Below are positions 20,901 through 26,482 of a stretch of 64,000 bases of DNA, piece after piece. Below the pieces are notes generated by a model. The model saw only the letters and a list, made by a program, of their open reading frames with translations. It had not been told where the DNA came from and ran no database searches. The translations under genes and the position numbers were made by a program. Positions within the stretch are counted from its first letter, which is position 1. Each line of letters opens with the position of its first letter. Origin of the DNA: a virus; the IMG/VR virus record IMGVR_UViG_3300044695_006747, positions 32,001 to 96,000 of that record; one strand, written 5' to 3'.

Positions 20901-22151
20901 GTAATGGCTGGACTAGCCGCTCTTGGTCCCAAAGTTAAGAAAGTTAAAACTAGAAAAGATTATTTAGAAGAAATTATTAGAAATAATCAGCAGGCAATAG
21001 CAGTACTTAGAGCGGCAAATCTTGATTTTACTAAGTCTGAAAATATGAGAGAAAGCTTTAAAGGTAATCTCCCAACATTTATTCATCAAAAACAAATTGA
21101 TGATGGTACTATTGAGAGGAATAGTGCGGATAAAATTTTGCAAAACTTAATGAATAATCCAAAGATTCAGATGGCATTGCAGAACCCAATAGTAGCACGA
21201 TCCGTACAAGCGGCTTTGATGCAACAACAAGGATTCGGAGTACCAATATCAACATTCGAGGGTGGTCCCGGAGCTGTTAATATTCCTCAAAGATTAGCTC
21301 GTGGTGGAGTTGTTTATGCAAACGATGGAGCATTAGTGGGTTTTCAATCACGAGGAACCGACACAATTCCAGCGATGCTAACTCCTGGAGAGTTTGTGGT
21401 TAACAGAAGATCAGCTCAAAATAATTTACCATTGTTACAAGCTATAAATAGTGGCTTATATAATAAGGGTGGAAAAGTGTCGTATTTGGCTCGCGGCGGA
21501 GCTATTGCAGAAAGACAAGCAAATGCAACATTAAATTATGAAAAACAGATGCTTGAGAGAAGAAAAGCATACGAAGAAAATATGTTAAGAAAAAGACAAG
21601 CAGCAGAAAACGAGATGGAAAGAAGAAGAAATGCGTATGCTTCAGGAACTCCAATTCAGCAAATTACACAACAATTCAATCGGAATAGTGGCCAACCTAT
21701 TAGTTCCAATCAACTGGCTTTCTTGAGTGGAGGAACACCAGGAACAGAAGAACTTAGAAGAGCCTTATCCAATATTAATCAGGTTATGCTACAAGGATCT
21801 CAGTCTCTAAGCACAACACTCACCGCATTATCAAATACCATTAATAATTTTAATACAAATTTTGCTAATATAAATGAAATTAATAAACCGGCCTCAAATA
21901 GTGGTGTATCTAATACTAGTAATCCTGCGGCTACGTTGGATGCTCTTGGAAATAGGCTCAATCAATTTATTGAACAGCTACAAAACGCATTGCCACCAGT
22001 AATTAAAGTTGAAGGACAACACCAGGTTAATGTGGTCATTAATGGAGCTAGTATACTACAACAACTACTATCTGGTCCAATAGGAAATATAGTACAAAGT
22101 GCAATACAATCAGCATTTGACAAACAAAGCAGAAAGAGAGAGGGCTACTGA
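5982..22151 (+). CDS. Giant tape measure protein (5389 aa) with internal repeats and enzyme-like cargo domains
   Basis: Follows the tail chaperones. TP901/TIGR01760-like core at ~aa 205-590 (FIDFDRELVRISQV; ALALSALAPSFDDL; SINSVAAKFAV; ESAETIATGLRTIFTRI), long Ala/Gln-rich helical regions, and seven DTVPAMLTPGEFV modules. Confidence 0.92.
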   Translation: MAKGFNLTAELNIRGPNNLRTVVSNIKKQVGSITANITPTVNRSNIRTIATDIRSQLGNINVAVGVTANRSSIQNLSRDIRNRLSGIDVPVSVRINRASITAARRDITRQLGSINANVNIAISATATRNAAGLNRTLTGLNQTLNQTTTSATNAAAAIQSFAAAMRGAASVNIPRNINIGLNTANTNATNAAASVQQLGGEVENFGRQAGLAIRRFAAFTTVTSVFYGLARAVQSGITSFIDFDRELVRISQVTGDNIRDVNKLASTVTQLATTYGVSSKELAGVSLTLAQAGLTAKETDRALKALALSALAPSFDDLNSTVEGSIALMRQFGISTNQLEGALGSINSVAAKFAVEASDIIAAIQRTGGVFAAASKGVSEGTDALNEFVAVFTSIRATTRESAETIATGLRTIFTRIQRGPTIEALKQFGVNLTDVEGKFVGAYKAVQLLSEGLTRLDPRDLRFSQIVEELGGFRQIGKVIPLIQEFATAQEALKVAQTGSGSLAEDAAKGQLALAVQISKVREEFAALIRSVGDTSSFRTLVKLGLDLASSLIQVADAAKELLPLIGIFTAIRGAQALTRFGAGFAQGVRGAPTRGFASGGYVPGVGNSDTVPAMLTPGEFVIRKKAVQKIGVGNLAKINRNSGGYIPEQYFNDGGQVQRFGIGGGAKKKGVNWKSLIKGRGKKGSRGPRGRFDLPQPGDADFAKWQREIYAEYDADPSLTRVKVNGIPMPPEIAYANQLITEEVFGDNVRKKSGKLKKTPLGLLISAAKMPRGPRAPAGEMEKIMAGYQQSPQFQKEAGGAGSSLFATLKGPLASFKKGGTFGGVITPGSDNATQIKAALGKLLTQSSGQDAVKAKTALDKFDSFIAGGTPEKPGHVSHFTWAMNQIFKKGIATFGRGGSASRRMGVFDFDMTTGITKQKETPSLSGFRDPKLAVPDILGASPTGLLELMKKYGASKVLTARSGGPRGEMRTALGTFFKRNGVMLPSSSIMTLGDQVGNLGTAEKKARALYDMVKKYGSVDFFDDDAANIDAAKMVRGVTAKKVALKNSGGYIQRLMAGSFAEEPSISEIAQIVTQYAYRDPSINSDPALQQAVLATVAKRNRTSANLATATKLAGLISTGSLNPNLARQILSSSNTIVPSGPRGKPTVQALSLQALKPGEETKFTRTIDGEEIDIVRGSPSAALSKRMTSAIDRGIQVAIKGTIEEALSDVISRDPSKRQQLIDLGVKFNKSGKAIAPKSMIDMAMKHGQINELRGNIFERTLMGLGATPGPKLPGKAAPVDALRIGDIVADIMSQGPSKISSDLPSEIKASVRKTRPSEATPDISKRGLVNQILRFKRLPGVQFKAKGGGIDGIRSEQAKSAILGKQLSGADMIKAARRAGYNIEELDNGLVQLSRNNKIMHTLSRPEASKLLGSISTGYNKGGPAGSDTVPALLTPGEFVINKKAAARLGSSRLHRLNRADKISGFNTGGEVGRVPTYSSGGDVQRFFFGGGARARPGMQATAENLMVPGGTMNQLREIINALNEMGLASSRSADLLRRSGRVSVQAANDAYEADILRLRVAGAPMDTILQAEARLANMRQQGAQQVRAQRQLSGVGGAQLQVVEDVAQQNIQRMFARAQAAGVDLNETQRARIEDMGYRRASQAGGLSTAQTAGLSGNDLRQYINAAMGDPRTFEQMNRQFEARRRAELNNQYIAENRFGGDRRRILQQASRDAAEEARIRRQTLNQTRGAAGPGASTGQRVQQGMFGASFAIPMLAQMLAGDPSRAATAGGAAQSAAIQGAGNTVAMGTMIASMFPPGLGQGLALAATAAASVAQAFIDARNATIEFEKNLAAKKVEMALEDTGRLFEKLAKDVKDIDVQNSIGQKLIEASSASQRAIEIQATTAKAFWVNMFDAFGGGDRTQRAESSQRSQILDRFGTSAYLETTTLGQGFLGGRGTAQNRANEARLSYTSQMIPEQSREISKQFAPIADNAIKLIEEKVRGGLKIEDYINTDEFKKLGNAIALANTAVAEQVLRIRNSTILTDSQKAAQEKLIIATFAEEEARKRASIAAREIQLKEVQKVTTQLSRSLERMFQNMEQSINKTNFGLEKMSRELDLVSASLTGQAKAGEGALNAINILQNPRAYGEADLTAARGQAAGFFGGSGDIIKGLLTLGDDIEATIMGTINKTVRESEGDSPAKIAIAIEKSVKDKLQTLQLPSDVSEKLAREVKVALNEIRKEGDEKADFTQIEEKLKDLGRILESTRRAQEVALKALENWQTSLNNYTSSINTLADLQIDFQARLRKSSELIIDSQLNLARTLGKDISLENLIGNRNALTRQQTGGLTSPQDIFRNINRLEAQRRQQEGAVDVARQRGPTGLKDFMAMSNSLKLTNVALRENYDALRNLAENSDIAAAALNKIQEAQQRQQGKVGFIEKLVTSTPEEFESLNRAFTRLQNNANGQVNTINNSIGAQKAYIEAINGGATAFEAMRAAQTAFANERRDTLSALNDLLPFLGSGQQANQIRANTLESMLMESGVGVSPMFADVLNALRNPETDPETQRAIALYQEANQLQLAANALLNQINQSLQAETAEKSAKAIADALANTVLTFKNAEQADLNRGVIPQNRATGGIIYASNGAFAPRGTDTVPAMLTPGEFVVNKSATAKNLPLLKSINSQKYSSGGKVRYYAGGGLVSSYLNRNSWNIDGFQESSDKFLDPSNPDVSALLDSGKMTKKLQVLPNVWYRMPSSNNLQTPRSGSVLDPKKRIPTELNITDLYPSSGDILPGMVSHSISISDIIEANRLSASPGRLTLSTTPPGLDKNIIFGIDGDKSIDLITKNIKKSEFEQYKKDMNKVKNNFESISWIQDAANPLSLLLMSNLGDQGYPTTITPLAKDARNLNPNSRERNRVLYYGNQLVPEDKDYGKLWEWTSGSVRTNALTIGDPPHKPNFDNTAEDAIRQITKISAISPKGINKSSPGIVKPKEIKDIVQYHKKQFDVIKKSVILADNNFKDIKFIDTPEVRKYQELQTQFTNLYNNLSPYEVFEDLSLFDHPFLKNAKSLIVTSNAAPTRDDIKKYIENKQANLEPGSTQPNNNGNPILVGLLDALDGNLNNLTQEWVKKREFDIFPQGPGGVKQFPYLVNANIGDLGKGFTERAKQAALDQQDRISQELVFDNRKMRLTLGAGKNIDLPYSATYTKYSGPLWDNTTKSFSEDANKQLKDLYLPEDANIFKGLDISSQRLFSSKQPFDLNAAGYSIPDNSANKLIELITNNGDQNQIDQAKNDIIKNSTLTFPHKGPNASGSLVKLQNAVGQQIFSAYSQLPSTTFNFGEFLAQAITDYAVNNKKEAGIAAGKIADQKMGKEIIGDAPMETVRVLQTLTQGALSVFGRRPVPGLPRGWLFNNIRSLGGILPRGGRTSVGKLTNNEQAKSAAGIIRNVINNAGAYVSNLSGRVNNPQLYNGLKDVYGLMWGAYKAFDSINKSDTRNLAQLLKIDQVNAGNGGSVVDIESIFRMLGGSAAFEKAAAAPLSEDYKTMLGNQLVGSKITTVDAAGNIKLVNPVDAPPPKIDNYSDLMNLALNPYNEFSSRTVRSSIFDKLIGDISTAVDNRGMPYFDPNTSNFLIGSLDTLKKWYGGDGAWLGQDYLFDKAANADPVARGQQFTANLDAGRGLYEMSNMAHQNLGGSVKFGDLPNDLWFQNRIAAGNFATGGLVYASNGTLVNFQPRGTDTVPAMLTPGEFVVNRAATQKNLPLLKSINSNTYMADGGLLETPKTVQGVTIPGRDNLSPRINRIDKNIAYNTSGISTIQKDISVIKDSIDKLLSDQTMLSQSLDTVNKLKNDIMMIADMVMKSPAAIYDQMLVALRQLWTEVGNGLTATLQGLMNAPWPAVPFNRGGPVYASQGKLIDFQPRGTDTVPAMLTPGEFVVNAKATKNNLGLLQSINQGVGGYSRGGVVYLEDGGLTPGAKQTLTDLQNQGYNLQDIVSGKTRVPGVVIEASKIPDDPMMPTKPAPNIETYRENPRLWNGFKDASGFWWNKRGESVISAYGAPPALPNFQERMQAFESIVSAFAGAGGVGGGRGKLADVRGLPAGMPMQRNAPGPLGTGVAIPYSIGRPNPNNVPKANSGGLTLDAIRDPLTGNYYVSDTPARNIILSGRQGLPAPKSRQRARSPLDLENGKIPDSITNPKAKEFMHLAIKEMIGYTEFMNLVKLKVQGSDRTYSSLLKFLALDVFPKGNAYGVDSLDKAISFFNTPEGIELYNKKISSKIGAVPEIGGYNASIINQNSKTGGGGITERLLKELFQQNIFHISKRSANVPNDLNSRMVSLIPSTTGLLYDDNIAKLLSSAGVTPRVDSNRVSYVFDVDEAGKDWGLLNPDQRTYLQQFAPKATGSESSNMKRGQLRTSPRERLSQSNTPPKLSDFAPNVTPVSKKAFHGSGSEIMQIDPNKLAQGMLGEAFYVGFNPNEAPITYLKMRLDSWLLANNLKSGNVTPEQIAEFKGGIYPVEIMGGIDDFLAADQVLKDNPAALSKIEAIYRDLELRKVKLGPIQYTNDPTTGKPKVSRTESPLDLASSTVMDAYDNIQNQLAAKYEAEFAGKSNIPDARFEALTRSATDMRKMFVKYGIPGFTDLNNARGQGSMAGIFDIDRISVGDVYIPDEVLRKVLGTDDITEAKRQIEFIKTGKYPDQDAFKGLEAMGELLSKQQPAYKSRGGAIYASKGQLINFEPRGTDTVPAMLTPGEFVINRQATQKHLPLLQAINNGAQGYSDGGVVYLQPGGRVPVNPAMPRGPRTKEEKEAYKRGGLRDKLQAQSKNRFDTQALAAQKNQNGRLWIFTLPREDLLKDGDGNPLNNGIQYLLKDANGKPSDNLSTESLAAMDISKIFSLRNNNARDAKKDLINMQPLNIFKLAKAIPQDAVSAISKARQQQARKSFDQKILDELSYQIQTKQDMFSIFNPNFFNTDGAIVDKYNQEMSEIIDRMDLNNPASVMAGLAALGPKVKKVKTRKDYLEEIIRNNQQAIAVLRAANLDFTKSENMRESFKGNLPTFIHQKQIDDGTIERNSADKILQNLMNNPKIQMALQNPIVARSVQAALMQQQGFGVPISTFEGGPGAVNIPQRLARGGVVYANDGALVGFQSRGTDTIPAMLTPGEFVVNRRSAQNNLPLLQAINSGLYNKGGKVSYLARGGAIAERQANATLNYEKQMLERRKAYEENMLRKRQAAENEMERRRNAYASGTPIQQITQQFNRNSGQPISSNQLAFLSGGTPGTEELRRALSNINQVMLQGSQSLSTTLTALSNTINNFNTNFANINEINKPASNSGVSNTSNPAATLDALGNRLNQFIEQLQNALPPVIKVEGQHQVNVVINGASILQQLLSGPIGNIVQSAIQSAFDKQSRKREGY
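6030..6355 (+). repeat. About 4 imperfect ~27-aa repeats at the TMP N-terminus
   Basis: Recurring NR(S/A)(N/S)I....DI...L(G/S).I...V pattern (NRSNIRTIATDIRSQLGNINV / NRSSIQNLSRDIRNRLSGIDV / NRASITAARRDITRQLGSINA). Confidence 0.7.
7812..7850 (+). repeat. TMP module copy 1 (DTVPAMLTPGEFV)
   Basis: Begins at aa 611; preceded by FASGG. Confidence 0.95.
8700..9120 (+). other. HAD-superfamily phosphatase-like domain inside TMP
   Basis: Motif I VFDFDMT, motif II LTARS, motif III Lys (EKKA), motif IV FFDDDAAN, in canonical order and spacing. Confidence 0.75.
9740..10030 (+). other. PD-(D/E)XK (REase-fold) nuclease-like domain inside TMP
   Basis: GNIFE helix, then PVD, then EIK, in the expected order. 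Confidence 0.5.
10278..10316 (+). repeat. TMP module copy 2 (DTVPALLTPGEFV)
   Basis: Begins at aa 1433; preceded by YNKGG. Confidence 0.95.
13887..13925 (+). repeat. TMP module copy 3 (DTVPAMLTPGEFV)
   Basis: Begins at aa 2636; context ATGGIIYASNG..PRGT...NLPLLKSINS. Confidence 0.95.
17130..17168 (+). repeat. TMP module copy 4 (DTVPAMLTPGEFV)
   Basis: Begins at aa 3717; context ATGGLVYASNG..QPRGT...NLPLLKSINS. Confidence 0.95.
17685..17723 (+). repeat. TMP module copy 5 (DTVPAMLTPGEFV)
   Basis: Begins at aa 3902; context NRGGPVYASQG..QPRGT...NLGLLQSINQ. Confidence 0.95.
19233..19890 (+). other. ADP-ribosyltransferase-fold (ART-PolyVal-like) domain inside TMP
   Basis: AFHGS...GMLGEAFYV...GGIYPVEI...YGIPGF...AGIFD matches the H-G-(S/T), G-x-G-x-x-F-Y, G-Y-D-G-I, V-V-F-D pattern; terminal catalytic Glu not evident. 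Confidence 0.6.
20130..20168 (+). repeat. TMP module copy 6 (DTVPAMLTPGEFV)
   Basis: Begins at aa 4717; context SRGGAIYASKG..EPRGT...HLPLLQAINN. Confidence 0.95.
21360..21398 (+). repeat. TMP module copy 7 (DTIPAMLTPGEFV)
   Basis: Begins at aa 5127; context ARGGVVYANDG..QSRGT...NLPLLQAINS. Confidence 0.95.
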
Positions 22152-24988
22152 TGACTAGTATTTATTACAACAGTCCACTAGGAAGTACGTCGGCTAGTAC
22201 TGGTACGAGCGATTTTCTATTAGTTAGCACTCTATCTTATCACAACTCATTAGCAGCATACAAAGATAAATATATTCCCTATTATATAGAACACACAACA
22301 TTAGAAGAATGGGAATATGGATTAGGCATAGTAATAGATAATGGTGGCGGACAGGATGTATTAGTTAGACAAGGAAATGCATTATATCCATTAGCCACAG
22401 TATATTCATCTTCCAATAGTAATAATAAAGTAACTTTTAGTGCAGGAACTAAGAATGTTACAACAGTTATTAGTCCCGAAAGAATAAATCACGGCGGTAA
22501 TAATTACAGTTATCAAGCTAATAATTTCACAGCAGATACTGTTCAAACAACTTATGGTGTTTTGGCTAGCGGGTCAGGAGTGTCTGTTGGATTACCATTA
22601 GCTAGTGGTAATAAAAATTTAGTATTAAGTTTTAAACTATTACCAAATAGTGACAATAATTTAACTATTAGTCCATCCGGATCAGATAAGATAGATGGAT
22701 TATCATCAACAACACTAACTGTTGCAGAACAATATACATCATTAATTTCTGATGGTAGCGGATGGTACGAATTAGTACCTTTGATAGATGTAACCGGAGT
22801 AGGATTACCAGTCGGATCTGTTGGTGCTATACAGTTTAAAAATTCTTCTACATTATTTGATGGTAGCGATCAATTATTCTGGGAATCCACAAGCGGTACT
22901 TTATTGATAGGAGATAGTAACGCTTCGTCAGCAAGTATAATTCTACCATCGTCTGGTCAAAACATAATATTTAATAATCAACAGTATAATAGCGATTTCG
23001 TTGTTAAGGGCACAGGTACTAATCAATTATTTTTTGACGCTTCTACTGGACGATTAGGAATTAATACAGGTTCCCCATCCACAATACTACACGTAGTTGG
23101 AAGATGCGCTAACGATACATTGAAGGTAGAAAGTTCCACAGAATGTCCAACAGGTGTTGCGCTAACACTGTACCATAGTCCAAATACTGGATCACAAACG
23201 GGAGACTATCCTGCGACTATTAATCTTGCTGGTAGAAACGCTAGTGCTCAACAAATCAACTATGCTCAAATACGATCCAGAATTTTAGGCACAGCACTAG
23301 GGGCAACAAGCGGAGAACTATTATTTAACGTTGATCATTCTGGAGTGTCAAAAAATATAGCATCTTTCAATGTTGGATCTATCAATCTAGGATTAAATGC
23401 TCAAAGTATTCAAAGCTCTAATAATATAGTCATTGGACAATTAGCTAAAGATAGCGGCAATAATAACATTTTGTTAGGACACTATGCTGCAATTTCCGGA
23501 GCATTATCTAGCCAAAATATAGTATTAGGTAATAGCACATCAACAAGAGGATCTAATAATATAGTTGTGGGTCATAATACTAATATATCTGGCATATACG
23601 TATATAATATTGGAGATTCAGCAACAGTTAACTCAAACTATACATTTAATCTTGGACAAAATAATACCATCGATGGAACATCTAATTTTATTATTGGTTC
23701 TGGTAATACGGTAAATTCCACCGATTCTTATGTGTTAGGAAACAGCAATGATACAAATGATACCAAAACATTTATTATTGGTGAAAATTTAATATCACAT
23801 AATACAAGTGGATATATTGTTGGATTTGATAATAATATTAGCGGGTTGTTAAATACTATTAATGGTAATAGTATATATGTCACAGGAAATAGTAATACTG
23901 TACTGGGCCAAAGCAATACCATTATAGGATCAAACAATGATATTCTAGGAGATATCAATTCTATAACTGGATCCGGTAATACTGTGTTTGGAGAAAACAT
24001 ATCAGTAAATGGATCTGGATGCGTAATTTTTGGTAAAGATCTTAGCGTTAGTAATAATAATAGCATTATTATAGGCAATGGAAGCAATGACCTAGCAATA
24101 TCGTCGGGATCTCTAGTATACAATTCTGGTACAAATAATGCCTCATTTATTGTTTATGGTTCAGCTGCTAACACAGGATTGTTCTATCAAAATAATTTAC
24201 TCGGTATAGATAAAATTCCAAGCGGTTATCTTCTTGATATAAATGGATACTTAAGATCCACAGGAATATACACAGATAACCTTAGATACGGATCATCGGC
24301 CACTAGTGGATCTATTATGGTTTCGGATAGTAGTGGAAATGCTAGTTGGCAAAATATATCAACTGTACAACAGTATTTAGTCAATGATTTAGTAGATACA
24401 GCATTAATAAATAAGCAATCGAATTCATTTGGTAGCACTAGTGGACTATATTGGAGCGCGAGTAGTGGACTATATCTATCGATAGGAGGCATTTCTTCAT
24501 CGTTCATTGTTGCATCAACTGGTAATGGTCCACTGATAGTGAATAATAATAATTTAGCTAGAACTAATGTTTTTAATATCAAAGATTCTGATAATGAAAA
24601 CTTATTATTAGCTAATTCTACAAATAAAAGAGTTGGTATTAATATTACTCCATCTTATAATTTTCATGTATCTGGTGTTACTAGAATACAAAATAGTTCA
24701 TTAGATTATATTGATAAATCAGCTAATGTATTTAAAATCTCATACGATGAAAGTGTTAGTGTTCTTAAAAATTGGCAGATAACGTCGTCAGGATTATTAA
24801 TTAAACAAACAAATGAAGGATCTTTAATTCCGATTCAATCATTCTCTAGCTCAACACCAACAGATGTTACAAATGTTCATATGCTAGTATTAGAATATAA
24901 TCCAGCACTATCAACGTACCAAGTAAAATTTACTAGTGGTGTATATGGTGGCTTTTCTGTCTTTACTGGTTCTATTGATGATCAATAA
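22151..24988 (+). CDS. Tail fibre protein with YadA-head-like beta-roll repeats
   Basis: N-terminal EWEYGLG...SSNSNNKVTFSAGTKNV anchor motif common in phage fibres; many ~14-aa N/S/I/G repeats (GNSNTVLGQSNTIIGSNNDILG) at ~23410-24100. Confidence 0.75.
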   Translation: MTSIYYNSPLGSTSASTGTSDFLLVSTLSYHNSLAAYKDKYIPYYIEHTTLEEWEYGLGIVIDNGGGQDVLVRQGNALYPLATVYSSSNSNNKVTFSAGTKNVTTVISPERINHGGNNYSYQANNFTADTVQTTYGVLASGSGVSVGLPLASGNKNLVLSFKLLPNSDNNLTISPSGSDKIDGLSSTTLTVAEQYTSLISDGSGWYELVPLIDVTGVGLPVGSVGAIQFKNSSTLFDGSDQLFWESTSGTLLIGDSNASSASIILPSSGQNIIFNNQQYNSDFVVKGTGTNQLFFDASTGRLGINTGSPSTILHVVGRCANDTLKVESSTECPTGVALTLYHSPNTGSQTGDYPATINLAGRNASAQQINYAQIRSRILGTALGATSGELLFNVDHSGVSKNIASFNVGSINLGLNAQSIQSSNNIVIGQLAKDSGNNNILLGHYAAISGALSSQNIVLGNSTSTRGSNNIVVGHNTNISGIYVYNIGDSATVNSNYTFNLGQNNTIDGTSNFIIGSGNTVNSTDSYVLGNSNDTNDTKTFIIGENLISHNTSGYIVGFDNNISGLLNTINGNSIYVTGNSNTVLGQSNTIIGSNNDILGDINSITGSGNTVFGENISVNGSGCVIFGKDLSVSNNNSIIIGNGSNDLAISSGSLVYNSGTNNASFIVYGSAANTGLFYQNNLLGIDKIPSGYLLDINGYLRSTGIYTDNLRYGSSATSGSIMVSDSSGNASWQNISTVQQYLVNDLVDTALINKQSNSFGSTSGLYWSASSGLYLSIGGISSSFIVASTGNGPLIVNNNNLARTNVFNIKDSDNENLLLANSTNKRVGINITPSYNFHVSGVTRIQNSSLDYIDKSANVFKISYDESVSVLKNWQITSSGLLIKQTNEGSLIPIQSFSSSTPTDVTNVHMLVLEYNPALSTYQVKFTSGVYGGFSVFTGSIDDQ

Positions 24989-25001
24989 AAGGAATAAATA
25001 A

Positions 25002-26453
25002 ATGACACAATTTATACATAAAACTAATAGATTAAGTCCCAAACCTCCAGATCCTACAGAGATACAGCAAGGAGAAATATGCTTAAATACATACAATTTG
25101 GGTAGTCATTCTAATGGAATTAATAATGGTAGACTTTATATTAAAACAGATAGTGGGGAGGTTAGAAGATTTATTAGTTTGGGACTACACGGAAGTAATG
25201 ATCCATCACTGAAAGTTAAATATGGAGGCAGTAATAATTCATTCAATGGAGTTTCGGACAATACAGACACTGCTTATGATTCATTAATGGTTTTTCAATA
25301 TAGTTCAGCTGGTAATCATGTTATCAATAAAACAGCCACCAACAAGTTGACATGGAGTAGCGGAGACAACAGACTAAATATCAATAGATCACTAGCTGCT
25401 CAGTCAACACTTCATGTTGGCGGAAATGTATCTATAGATACCATGAGCACATGGTCAACAACTTTTACTTCTAATTTTCAAATTATCGGTAGAGATATCG
25501 GAGATAATAATACTCTCAAACAAATTTCTTCGATAGACTTATTTTCTTTACTTCCATCAAATACTATCAATGTGTCATTATTGTCTGGTGTGATACCACT
25601 AGCGAACGGAGGCACAGGAGCCAATTTATCTAGCAATATAGGAAGCGATAACGGAAGCATAGTATATTTTAGCGGCACAACACTAACATATAATTCAAAC
25701 TTCAAATGGGACAACCCAAATAGCACATTTGTACTAAACGGGGCTTTTGAGTTTGATGCGCCAGATGATACATTAGATAATGCTGTGCCACTTGGTGTTA
25801 ATAGTGCTAATAAAATAGTACGTATGGATTATACATTTAATCAGGATTTGAATGATAATGATGATGTAATATTTAATACATTAACATTAGATAATAATAG
25901 TTTTGATGCTGGTGTTTTAACTGTTAATAATATGCAAACAGACAGCTCTCCTTACAATGCGGTTCCTGTTGGTATCGATGCTTCAGATCGCATTGTTAAA
26001 ATGTATTATACATATAATCAAAATCTTAATACAACAGATAATGTTAATTTTGAAAAAATTACTTTAAATGGTAATACTGGTGCCGGAGATACCCTTGTTC
26101 TGACTAATCTACAAAGTAGTACTGGTGGCACGGCGTTAGAGATTGATGCTGGCGGTAATGTTTATAAATCTAGTTCTACTCGTAAATTAAAAGAAAATAT
26201 AGTAGACTATGATAAGGGTTTAGAAGAAGTACTACTAATGAATCCTAAATATTTTAATATGATTAATGATACTAATAAAACATTAAGAGCTGGCCTTATA
26301 GCAGAAGATTTAGCTGATATTGGTTTGGATGAATTTGTAGTAAAAGATTCTGATGACAATCCGTCAGCAATTAATTATGATAAAATAGTTGTAGTACTAA
26401 TTAATGCTATCAAAGAACTAAAAAATAAGTTAGATAATATATCATCTAATTAA
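25002..26453 (+). CDS. Tail fibre/spike with C-terminal intramolecular chaperone (Peptidase S74-like)
   Basis: C-terminal SSTRKLKENI...GLIAEDL...INYDKIVVVLINAIKEL signature; N-terminal QQGEICLNT..GRLYIK motif; internal duplicated YTFNQDLN/YTYNQNLN repeat. Confidence 0.85.
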   Translation: MTQFIHKTNRLSPKPPDPTEIQQGEICLNTYNLGSHSNGINNGRLYIKTDSGEVRRFISLGLHGSNDPSLKVKYGGSNNSFNGVSDNTDTAYDSLMVFQYSSAGNHVINKTATNKLTWSSGDNRLNINRSLAAQSTLHVGGNVSIDTMSTWSTTFTSNFQIIGRDIGDNNTLKQISSIDLFSLLPSNTINVSLLSGVIPLANGGTGANLSSNIGSDNGSIVYFSGTTLTYNSNFKWDNPNSTFVLNGAFEFDAPDDTLDNAVPLGVNSANKIVRMDYTFNQDLNDNDDVIFNTLTLDNNSFDAGVLTVNNMQTDSSPYNAVPVGIDASDRIVKMYYTYNQNLNTTDNVNFEKITLNGNTGAGDTLVLTNLQSSTGGTALEIDAGGNVYKSSSTRKLKENIVDYDKGLEEVLLMNPKYFNMINDTNKTLRAGLIAEDLADIGLDEFVVKDSDDNPSAINYDKIVVVLINAIKELKNKLDNISSN

Positions 26454-26482
26454 TTTAGGATAATTATACAGGATATGTTTTT

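Noticed and set aside
7770-21460. TMP repeats as a CRISPR array or DGR template/variable repeats
   Set aside because: They are in-frame coding repeats spaced 0.5-3.6 kb apart, with synonymous rather than adenine-specific differences; no reverse transcriptase or cas operon in the window.
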